Positions 1 through 7,548 of a stretch of 32,000 bases of DNA are shown here, in pieces (within the stretch, counting starts at the first letter, position 1; each line of letters opens with the position of its first letter). The translations under genes and the position numbers were made by a program. A model generated the notes under the pieces. The model worked only from the letters and a program-made list of their open reading frames with translations, searched no databases and was not told the DNA's origin. Origin of the DNA: Synechocystis sp. PCC 6803 substr. PCC-P. Lineage in GTDB: Bacteria; Cyanobacteriota; Cyanobacteriia; Cyanobacteriales; Microcystaceae. The stretch is from assembly GCF_000284455.1 (NCBI RefSeq), contig NC_017039.1, positions 660,001 to 692,000 on the forward strand, in the 5' to 3' direction.

Positions 1-686
1 TTCTTTACCCTTTAATGCAGGGGTATGATTCTGTCGCTGTAAATGCAGATGTGGAATTGGGGGGCACTGATCAAAAGTTTAATATTGCGGTGGGCCGGGA
101 TTTACAACGGCATTTTGGCAAAACTCCTCAATTTGGTTTACTGTTGCCGATTTTGCTGGGGACAGATGGACAACAAAAAATGTCCAAGTCTCTGAACAAT
201 TATGTGGGTTTACAGGAAGATGCTTTATCCATGTACTCCAAGCTGGAGAAGACGCCTGATCGCCTGTTGGGGGAATATTTCGAGTTACTAACTAACTTGG
301 ACTTGGCCGAGTTACCGGAGAATCCCAGGGAGTGCCAAAAGTTGCTCGCCAAGGAAGTTACAGCCCAGTTCCATGGAGTTGCAGGGGCGATCGCCGCCCA
401 AAAAACAGCGGAGGATATTGTCACCCAAGGTAAGGCGGGTAATACGGACAGTGTGCCGGAATTTTCCCTAGCTGAAATTACTTTTCCGGTGAAATTGGCC
501 TATCTCCTCAGTGCCAGTGGCCTGTGCCCCAGTAGTAGTGAAGGGAGAAGGCAAATCAAGGGGGGGGCTGTGCGCTTAGATGGCGATCGCCTAGAGGATG
601 TTAATCAGGAATATGCCGATCCCAAAATGTTAATTAATAAGGTGTTGCAAATGGGCAAGAAAAAATTTATTCGTCTGATTTCTTAA
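1..686 (+). CDS. tyrS: Tyrosyl-tRNA synthetase, C-terminal ~228 codons (5' end lies upstream of the window)
   Basis: The frame is open from the window edge ([10 protein letters not shown]...). It has the class I KMSKS signature ([11 protein letters not shown]) and a C-terminal S4-like RNA-binding tail ([15 protein letters not shown]). Confidence 0.9.
386..686 (+). repeat. Direct repeat copy A: the 3' end of the intact tyrS
   Basis: Aligns by hand to 2987-3290 (offset 2601, becoming 2604 at the end). There are 6 mismatches in 386-452, none in 453-538 (an 86-bp perfect core) and 9 in 539-614. The tail after that is strongly diverged and differs in length by 3 nt. Confidence 0.9.
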
Positions 687-853
687 TCTCCAAGGCGATC
701 AGCTTCTTAACTTTCACAAAAAGCGATCATTCTATTCGTAACAAGCTCACACTCGAAAAAAGAGGTTTAACGCTTTCCCAAAAATCGCACTGCGATATTG
801 TAGATCACACCAGCATAGATAGTATGCTGATGAGCAGGTTTTTTAGTTATGAG

Positions 854-859
854 TATAAT
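854..859 (+). promoter_or_regulatory. Candidate -10 hexamer (perfect TATAAT) 15 nt upstream of the first islet ORF
   Basis: TATAAT sits at 854-859. There is no Shine-Dalgarno sequence between it and the ATG at 874, so the transcript could be leaderless or short-leadered. The -35 region (tgagca, 831-836) is only a weak match. An alternative pair is TTGTAG 798-803 with TAGTAT 820-825 (16-nt spacer). Confidence 0.3.
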
Positions 860-873
860 CAAACGAATTTGAT

Positions 874-1227
874 ATGCCCACCCCACAAGCACTGTATCGC
901 GGGGCTGTACAAGCTCAAGGTGACGACATTACACAAAATGGGGGCTATACTCGCTCTTGGGCGCGGGGTACTCCTGTGACGGCTCAAGAGGGATTAGACT
1001 TTCTTGCTAAGATTGAGGAACAATGCAATGAGTCTCAGAAAGAACAACGAAATTCAGCTTTTGTCAAAGCTGAACGTTTTATCAAGAATGCTAGTAAAAA
1101 TGGAGGTGTTGATCAAAATTCTCAACCTCATCCTTTTCAAAATCCTAGACGTACTGTTCCAAACGCTCGTGTTGATATTGAAATTCGCAAAGGTTTGACT
1201 TTTATTCCTGCTAAAAATTTGGAATGA
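874..1227 (+). CDS. Hypothetical protein, 117 aa (islet ORF1)
   Basis: ATG-initiated ORF. Its stop overlaps the next start in ATGA (1224-1227). I recognise no motif. Composition switches sharply inside the ORF: 69/120 G+C in 874-993 versus 42/120 in 994-1113. Confidence 0.55.
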   Translation: MPTPQALYRGAVQAQGDDITQNGGYTRSWARGTPVTAQEGLDFLAKIEEQCNESQKEQRNSAFVKAERFIKNASKNGGVDQNSQPHPFQNPRRTVPNARVDIEIRKGLTFIPAKNLE

Positions 1228-2921
1228 CAATACTTTTTACCAAAATTCAAGCAATGTCAGACTCTACCGATTTGGATAGAGCAATAGATAAGCTTGACAA
1301 AATTTCTATTAATTTTGGTGCCGTAGATGAACAGATAAGGTGTTTTGCATTTTTATTAGCAATTGCCGAAGAAAATATTGCTGAGATTGTCTTAGGTATA
1401 TTAGTTAGAGGAATCATGAAATATGAACCAAATAGGGTTAATAATGAAGTTCTTTGGCTATTTTTGGCAGCCGTTTTGTCTCGTTCAAATATTACGCCTG
1501 CCAGTGCTTTAAGAATTAGTCTTTTAGGAATAGTATCTCGTATTGAAGATTGGGCATCACCCATTTTTGCATTACTAGTTACCGCATTAGATAGTTTTTT
1601 ACGTAATAGCCTGGAATATGGAGACCCTTTAATTGCAGAGCAAACTTTAGATTTTCTTGCCACTTGGGGCGAGAATTATGCTCAAGCACCTCGTACTTTA
1701 GAGCAAGTTGCAAAGATTAACTCTTTAGCTCGTTTAGTTTTACAAAAAGTTGATGAACCTATTCTTCAGGAGGAATGGTCAGAAGGGTTAGATTTATTTT
1801 TAAATATTGCTCATATTGCTTGTAAAATAAAATATTCAGATCAACGTATTTGGTCGTCTTCAGTAGAACTACTTAAGGATCTCTATCCTGTAAATATTTT
1901 AAATAATAATAATGAATATTCAGACAAGCACCGTCAAGTTCAAAAAAATATTCTAAAATTAATTGATTCTTCTCTGGCTGTAATCGGAACTATTTTTGTT
2001 AGAGGAGGCTTGTCGGTCGTAGTACACATTGAGCATTTAAATCAGGAACTAACATGGTCACTTGGAGCTAGCGCAATAGATAGAATCGAGCGTTTTTTTC
2101 AGGAAGTATCAAGCATTTTCAAACTAGGATTTCCTAAATTTAATCAAATACAATCAATTCAAGGTTCTTGGATTCAGGTTCTTAATCTTCCTCTAACTCC
2201 TAGGGAAGCTAATATTTTAGCAACAGAAATTGCTTCTTTATCCTCAAAAAATTACGAACAAAGTGAGATTAATCAAAATACTATTGATAGTTGGCGAGAA
2301 TGTGCAGAAATCCTTAGTGAAAAGGACTTTAAGATTAACTTATCTGTTTCCACAAAGGATATAGGATTACAGATTATTCCTCCCATTTCTACAGAGAATT
2401 TTGCCAATATCTCTACAGGAGCAACTACTGATTTTAATGAACAAGAAAGAACACACATTAGAATTCTCTCTTGTGATGTTCCACAAGCTAATAATATTGA
2501 AAGAATTTTGGAGCTTGCACAATTATTTGTTCAATATTCATCTTCAACTCAAACTATTAGTGATAAGTTTCTTGAGATAAGAGGAACAAAATCTAGAGAT
2601 TTTTTCTATTATCGTAGAGCAATTGAAATTCTTAACCTTATTGATTGGCGTGGGCATCCGACCAACGTCTGTTCTGCTTTGTTTCGCTTATCTAAAAAAG
2701 AGGCAAAAATGAGACTTCTTGCCTATCAATTTATTTCTTCTAATGTTGGTTCTGCTTGGCTACTGTGGAAAAATGCCAATGATCTTTCAGAGATTAATCC
2801 TGACAGTGCAGAAGAATTTTTAACGGCAACTTGTCCATCACTTTCTCAAAAAACAATTGAACGACGTTCACAAACATTAAAAGCATGGCTCACTATCTTT
2901 CTGCAATACTGGGATTCTTAA
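1224..2921 (+). CDS. Hypothetical protein, 565 aa (islet ORF2)
   Basis: A 565-codon open frame in very AT-rich DNA, where stops should be frequent, argues for real coding sequence. It is coupled to ORF1 by the ATGA overlap. I see no P-loop, no recognisable nuclease, methylase or peptidase motif, no signal peptide and no obvious TM segment. The basic, aromatic C-terminal ~110 aa (RDFFYYRRAIEILNLIDWRG...KAWLTIFLQYW) could be a nucleic-acid-binding module; that is an inference. Confidence 0.7.
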   Translation: MTILFTKIQAMSDSTDLDRAIDKLDKISINFGAVDEQIRCFAFLLAIAEENIAEIVLGILVRGIMKYEPNRVNNEVLWLFLAAVLSRSNITPASALRISLLGIVSRIEDWASPIFALLVTALDSFLRNSLEYGDPLIAEQTLDFLATWGENYAQAPRTLEQVAKINSLARLVLQKVDEPILQEEWSEGLDLFLNIAHIACKIKYSDQRIWSSSVELLKDLYPVNILNNNNEYSDKHRQVQKNILKLIDSSLAVIGTIFVRGGLSVVVHIEHLNQELTWSLGASAIDRIERFFQEVSSIFKLGFPKFNQIQSIQGSWIQVLNLPLTPREANILATEIASLSSKNYEQSEINQNTIDSWRECAEILSEKDFKINLSVSTKDIGLQIIPPISTENFANISTGATTDFNEQERTHIRILSCDVPQANNIERILELAQLFVQYSSSTQTISDKFLEIRGTKSRDFFYYRRAIEILNLIDWRGHPTNVCSALFRLSKKEAKMRLLAYQFISSNVGSAWLLWKNANDLSEINPDSAEEFLTATCPSLSQKTIERRSQTLKAWLTIFLQYWDS

Positions 2922-2984
2922 CGATTTGAGTTAGAACTACGACTGATTTTCATATTCTGGGGTTCATAAAGGGAAAAAATTTAA

Positions 2985-3290
2985 GAGGCGATCGCCGCCC
3001 AAAAAACAGCGGAGGATATTGTCACCCAGGGGAAAGCGGGCAATACGGATAGCGTGCCGGAATTTTCCCTAGCTGAAATTACTTTTCCGGTGAAATTGGC
3101 CTATCTCCTCAGTGCCAGTGGCCTGTGCCCCAGTAGTAGCGAAGGGAGAAGGCAAATCAAGGGAGGAGCGGTGCGCTTAGATGGTGATCGCCTGGGGGAT
3201 GTTAACCAGGAATACCAGAAACCGCAGGATTTGGACGGTAAGGTGCTCCAGGTAGGCAAGAAAAAATTTATTCGCTTCACTGCGAATTAG
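2985..3290 (+). pseudogene. Orphan tyrS 3' fragment (S4-like domain only); direct repeat copy B
   Basis: 101 sense codons in the tyrS frame ([27 protein letters not shown]...[11 protein letters not shown]) are closed upstream by TAA at 2982-2984. There is no catalytic domain and no ATG; the track's 3054 start is a GTG. Confidence 0.8.
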
Positions 3291-3443
3291 CAATTAAAAT
3301 AGTAATTTATAACTACTCTCTCCGTCGGCGATCGAGGTAGAATTGGGGCGAACTGATTTGACCGGTCAATCCTGCCCATTCCTGCCTGATCCGTCCAGAT
3401 TCAACCAATTACTGCCCAACCTTAGAATTGAGGTTATCGCCCC

Positions 3444-3833
3444 ATGAACAGTTTTGTTTTAATGGCCACCGTTATTCGGGAACCGGAACTGCGCTTCACC
3501 AAAGAAAATCAAACCCCCGTCTGCGAATTTCTAGTAGAATTCCCCGGCATGAGGGATGATTCCCCCAAGGAAAGTTTGAAAGTAGTTGGTTGGGGCAATT
3601 TGGCCAACACCATCAAAGAAACCTATCACCCTGGCGATCGCCTAATTATCGAAGGACGCTTAGGTATGAATATGATAGAACGGCAGGAAGGCTTTAAGGA
3701 AAAACGAGCTGAGCTAACTGCTTCCCGCATTAGTTTGGTGGATAGCGGCAATGGCATTAATCCTGGTGAGTTGTCTTCTCCTCCAGAACCTGAAGCAGTG
3801 GACCTTAGTAACACCGATGATATTCCGTTCTAA
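3444..3833 (+). CDS. Single-stranded DNA-binding (OB-fold) protein-like, 129 aa
   Basis: The N-terminal region is SSB-like (LMATVIREPELRFTKENQTPVCEF...GDRLIIEGRL). A disordered acidic tail ends in the canonical SSB tip DDIPF. I recall this as a ycf41-type cyanobacterial protein, unverified. Confidence 0.75.
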   Translation: MNSFVLMATVIREPELRFTKENQTPVCEFLVEFPGMRDDSPKESLKVVGWGNLANTIKETYHPGDRLIIEGRLGMNMIERQEGFKEKRAELTASRISLVDSGNGINPGELSSPPEPEAVDLSNTDDIPF

Positions 3834-3889
3834 CATCCACAATTCAGCTACTCCCAGTCAGATTTTTCCTTGAACTTGAAATTTCCACA

Positions 3890-4417
3890 ATGGCGGATTC
3901 CCTTCCCAATTTAGTCGATCTCAACTTCTTACCTTTTTTAACGGAGGCTGGGGAAATTGATCCGAACTACGAAAAACGTATTGGGGTTTACGCCATTTTT
4001 GACCAGCATCAGAATCTACAATACGTAGGCTATTCCCGTAATTTAGCCATTAGCCTGCTGCAACATTTGGTGCGTCAACCAGAGCATTGCCATGGGCTCA
4101 AAGTACACATCATCGACCGCCCCGATCGCCAATTATTAGTTCAAATTCAAAACCATTGGTTGGTGGGGCAAAATCCTCCTGGCAATGGTGAAAGTCAGAA
4201 AATTTGGGCTGAATCGATTAATGTGCAGGATTATTGGACTCCAGAAGAGGCCGCCACCGTTGCTAAAAGTGAACCAGGGGACACGCCCAAACTTTTGAAA
4301 AAAATTGCCCGTAGGCTAGAGGCAGAAGTGTTGGCAAAACTGGAAGCCAGGGGAGTGGCACAACAAATTCGCTTCAATCCCAAGCTGAAAGAACAAGGGC
4401 TGTTGGACATCACCTAG
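3890..4417 (+). CDS. GIY-YIG-like domain hypothetical protein, 175 aa
   Basis: GVYAIFDQHQNLQYVGYSRNL fits the GIY-x(9-11)-YIG spacing. The rest of the protein is unassigned. Confidence 0.5.
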   Translation: MADSLPNLVDLNFLPFLTEAGEIDPNYEKRIGVYAIFDQHQNLQYVGYSRNLAISLLQHLVRQPEHCHGLKVHIIDRPDRQLLVQIQNHWLVGQNPPGNGESQKIWAESINVQDYWTPEEAATVAKSEPGDTPKLLKKIARRLEAEVLAKLEARGVAQQIRFNPKLKEQGLLDIT

Positions 4418-4495
4418 GATTCGCCCATAGCTGTCCATTAAAATATAAGGGGATCCAAGATGACCCTGACTGAAAAAAATGGACATTCGAGAGTT

Positions 4496-4882
4496 TCAAG
4501 AAAGTAATGAGAGGCGCCAGTTGCGTAGTAGTTCTATGTTACCATTGACCCTAAATTCGGCAAATATTGCCATGGTGATATCAACCATGTGGGCTGACCT
4601 GGAGACAACTTTCGTGGGGCGATGAAATCTAGCAAACCAATGACGGTTATCTGAGTTGTTTCTCTCAATTCCTACTGTTTCTCTTTTGCTAATCCCATGA
4701 AACGCATCGGGATGTTCATCCAGCAGTTGTTGATAGGGCCTCCAGTCATCGGTGCAGTACACCGTCACTTTCCACTTTGCCAGTCTCTCCAGCAAACGAC
4801 TCAGGGTTTGACTATCACGATTTCCCAGTTCCCAGTTCCCAGTCGATGAGTCTCCCAGTAACACGCTCATATGCCTTATCAT
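4496..4882 (-). mobile_element. IS1-family-like transposase, C-terminal part only (5'-truncated IS remnant)
   Basis: YCTDDWRPYQQLL and GIERNNSDNRHWFARFHRPTKVVSRS match the IS1-type DDE C-terminal pattern (TD-W--Y ... IER-N---R----R--RKT---S). Only about 120 nt separate this ORF from the next gene, so the N-terminal HTH/first-D region has no room. No convincing terminal inverted repeats are visible. Confidence 0.65.
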
Positions 4883-5004
4883 TATCTATTTGAAACTCTC
4901 CATTATTGATTTACAGAGCTTTCCTTTCTTCGTTTCTGGCCCAGTTTCAGGGATCCGCCTCACTCTTCGTTTCTTCGTTGTTGTGAGTTCACGCTCAGCC
5001 GGTA

Positions 5005-7107
5005 CTATTTTTCCCCGTCTTTAGAGGCACGTTCTTTTTCATCTCCATACAAAGGAGAAGTTCCGGTTCCTGTCATTAATAATTGTTGTTGGGGCACCCC
5101 AATGGCAATTTCCTGGGATTCAAAGGCCACTTTCACCCGCAGTCGCAATTCTCTGGCCACGTCCCATTGTTCCCCCGGCAGGGTCTTAAGCCAAATACGA
5201 ATAAGAATACCTTGGTGAGAAACCTCTTCAATACCCTTGAGTTCCGGTGCCTGGAGCATTTTAGGATGCCACCACGGATCGTGGTACAGACCCAGCGCCA
5301 CCTGTTGCAAAACGGCGATCGCCTTTTTGGGATCAGCATCAGCCGCCACCATAACGGAATAATCTACCCTGGACCAGTCTTTAGTTTGATTACACACTGT
5401 GCCAATGGCTCCGTTGGGAATGGTGACTAAATCCCCGTTGGGACAACGGATGCGAGTAACAAATAGGTTTGTATCTTCCACTACTCCTTCAAACTCGCCA
5501 ATCAGAACGAAATCATTAATGGCGAAGGCATCACTCATCAGATTAGAAATACCGGCAATTAAATCCTTGATCAAGTTTTGGGAACCGAAAGACACCGCAA
5601 AACCGATGATCCCTGCCCCAGCCAGTACTGTGGCCACCGGCACATCGAACAAACTAAGGGAAAAGACAAAGGCAGTAAAAATACAGACCACCAGGTTAAT
5701 GCCCCTGACAGCACTACTGACAGTGTTAATTCTAATTTTTCTTCGTGTATATTTGGCAGTTTGTAAAATAGCATAATCGTTTTCAATGGTATGGAAAAAA
5801 GACTCAATTAAAAAATCAGATATTTTAATTAAAATTATTGCCGATAACCAAATTAAAGTTAAAGAAATGGGAGTGCCCGATAACTGTCGTCCTAAACGTC
5901 GAGTGTTAGGAAAAACCTGCAGAAAAAAAGCACTACCACGGATCCAGATAATAAACAGGAAAAAAATTAGTATTCTCCGGGTAAATACAACTTGTTTGAG
6001 GCGGTTTTTCAGGAAGTCGTAAAAATCCTTGCCTTGGAAAAGTTCAAGAATATTTTCAAAAATTTTCTGGTTATCCAAAGAAAATGTCAGGGGAGGATTT
6101 TTTTTACTGTCCCCCCAGCCAACATTTCCGAATAGTATAGTTTTGGAGTAAGCACTTAAATAATAAAGAAAAATAGCTATCCGGTCTAAAATTTGAAAAG
6201 CGAAGGAATAGCGGGGAATGGCAGCAATATTTTTAAAAATAGACGCATCAATGTAATTATAATCAAAATTTGGGTCTTCCTCCTCCGCCTTAACTAAACA
6301 ATTAATAGCCATCTTTAGTAAGTGAATTCTGTGTCCCAGCCACCGATAAATAAATAGCACTACCAACGAAACTGTGACCACAATGGTGACAATTACTAGG
6401 GCAACTTTTATTTGTCTTCTCAGGGCTTCTGGTTGTCGTTCCCGCCTCGCTCGCATCAGGGCATTGCGGACTTGATCTACGGTTTCGGACGCTAAATCTT
6501 CCGGGGTAAGGGCGTATAAATCAGCATCAGCTTTGGTAATGGTGCGAAGAATTTGTGGCCGGAGATTTTTGTCATCGCTAATTTGAATAATGATCGCCCC
6601 ATTGAGAATAGAACTAGCAACATTTAAGGTTTCTGGATCAAAACCCCGCTGGACAATTTCTTTAAACTTACTTTCAATACGTTGTTGACGATAAACAATT
6701 GGACTAAGGGAAGAATCTCCTTCTTTACTAGCATTTCCTGTGGGCACAGCAATCAAAAAAATTGGCTCTCCATCTACCCTAACGGTGGTGTAATCCAAGT
6801 TACCAATTCTACCGGATAAATCTGATTCAAAGCCTAGATTAAAAGCTTTATTTTGCAGGGGGAAATCAGACTTGACGGGATCCACTAGGTCAATTTGGGG
6901 CGGTAGTTGACTAAGGAGAGTTTGTGCCGACTGGGCTTGGGCAAAACCTAGGCTTAGCAGTAAGGTGAGCAGAGTAAGGGCGATTAATTGACTTAAATTT
7001 AATCTTTGATGGCGAAAAATATAATTTTTTCTATTTGTTGGGAGCACTCTGACAACGAATAAATTCCAAAGGGAGGTTATCACTATCGGCAATGAATAAA
7101 ACTTCAT
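5005..7107 (-). CDS. MscS-family mechanosensitive channel protein with a large N-terminal extracytoplasmic/membrane extension
   Basis: The C-terminal MscS core is present (LAGAGIIGFAVSFGSQNLIKDLIAGISNLMSDAFAINDFVLIGEFEGVVEDTNLFVTRIR). There is a signal-like segment (LIALTLLTLLLSLGFAQA) and several TM stretches. The start is uncertain: TTG 7122, ATG 7107 or GTG 7047, all of which overlap the upstream gene. Confidence 0.8.
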   Translation of the reverse strand: MKFYSLPIVITSLWNLFVVRVLPTNRKNYIFRHQRLNLSQLIALTLLTLLLSLGFAQAQSAQTLLSQLPPQIDLVDPVKSDFPLQNKAFNLGFESDLSGRIGNLDYTTVRVDGEPIFLIAVPTGNASKEGDSSLSPIVYRQQRIESKFKEIVQRGFDPETLNVASSILNGAIIIQISDDKNLRPQILRTITKADADLYALTPEDLASETVDQVRNALMRARRERQPEALRRQIKVALVIVTIVVTVSLVVLFIYRWLGHRIHLLKMAINCLVKAEEEDPNFDYNYIDASIFKNIAAIPRYSFAFQILDRIAIFLYYLSAYSKTILFGNVGWGDSKKNPPLTFSLDNQKIFENILELFQGKDFYDFLKNRLKQVVFTRRILIFFLFIIWIRGSAFFLQVFPNTRRLGRQLSGTPISLTLIWLSAIILIKISDFLIESFFHTIENDYAILQTAKYTRRKIRINTVSSAVRGINLVVCIFTAFVFSLSLFDVPVATVLAGAGIIGFAVSFGSQNLIKDLIAGISNLMSDAFAINDFVLIGEFEGVVEDTNLFVTRIRCPNGDLVTIPNGAIGTVCNQTKDWSRVDYSVMVAADADPKKAIAVLQQVALGLYHDPWWHPKMLQAPELKGIEEVSHQGILIRIWLKTLPGEQWDVARELRLRVKVAFESQEIAIGVPQQQLLMTGTGTSPLYGDEKERASKDGEK

Positions 7108-7477
7108 AAATATGATCACCAATTTGTTGTTGCTGGGGATTTAAAAGAATTTTTAACGGCTCAATTTGTTCTGGATTGGTTTGATAGGCTTGGCTAAAAC
7201 TTTGGCTGAGATTATTCAACCATTCCGGTAAACTTTCTACCTGGTCTGTTAGATCAAAGGAGATATGATAGTAGCCCACGTAATGTTCATCTTTGAAGGC
7301 ATCAGGGGCGGGTTGGGGTTGGGGAATTTGAATTAATTCAATGCGTCCCCCCAGACCAGTCAACCAGCAAGCTAAGGTATAACCAGTGGTGAACCTTTCC
7401 CCCACGGTAAAACCCAATAGCTCATAAAAGGCGATCGCCCGATGGATATTAGCAGTACGAATAGAAACATGGTGCAT
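7031..7477 (-). CDS. VOC/glyoxalase-bleomycin-resistance family protein
   Basis: MHHVSIRTANIHRAIAFYELLGFTV is a typical VOC N-terminal beta-alpha-beta motif. The start is an ATG. Confidence 0.7.
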   Translation of the reverse strand: MHHVSIRTANIHRAIAFYELLGFTVGERFTTGYTLACWLTGLGGRIELIQIPQPQPAPDAFKDEHYVGYYHISFDLTDQVESLPEWLNNLSQSFSQAYQTNPEQIEPLKILLNPQQQQIGDHIYEVLFIADSDNLPLEFIRCQSAPNK

Positions 7478-7548
7478 GATGCTTTATGCTGGGGGAGTTA
7501 AGGGGAAATTAACTTTTCAGCGGTGCTCAATTTATTACAACCTTACCA

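Larger units (their letters stand above)
687..2986 (+). mobile_element. AT-rich inserted islet (putative horizontally acquired cassette; mobility genes absent)
   Basis: It lies exactly between the two tyrS 3' copies. Hand-counted G+C is 19/60 (1261-1320), 13/60 (1861-1920) and 42/120 (994-1113), against 26/60 in the flanking stretch 3061-3120. There is no complete GCGATCGC octamer between 591 and 2987, although I count about 38 in the window. No integrase or transposase ORF is present. Confidence 0.6.

Noticed and set aside
827-834. CTGATGAG, the conserved hammerhead-ribozyme core box, upstream of islet ORF1
   Set aside because: The required downstream CGAAAC/GAAA box and the three-helix pairing are absent; only 'acgaat' occurs nearby. 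This is most likely a chance octamer.
1004-1663. Alternative-frame and antisense ORFs inside the islet (1004-1198 +, 1247-1663 -)
   Set aside because: They are fully nested in the longer ORF1 and ORF2 frames and translate to low-complexity sequence. Nothing supports them as independent genes.
4440-4960. Possible terminal inverted repeats of the IS remnant around the two GGATCC-containing stretches (about 4447-4470 and 4940-4965)
   Set aside because: Only about half the positions match when one is reverse-complemented. That is not enough to call IRs without a reference element.
5083-6022. Several plus-strand ORFs (5083-5430, 5399-5776, 5786-6022) opposite the MscS-like gene
   Set aside because: They are antisense to a gene with a clear MscS core, and their translations are low-complexity or basic, typical of shadow ORFs.
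7031-7122. A 77-92-nt overlap between the VOC-family gene and the MscS-like gene
   Set aside because: This is probably a start-codon artefact. A GTG at 7047, just before the signal-like segment, would reduce the overlap to 17 nt. The start cannot be decided from sequence alone, so I do not treat the overlap as a real feature.
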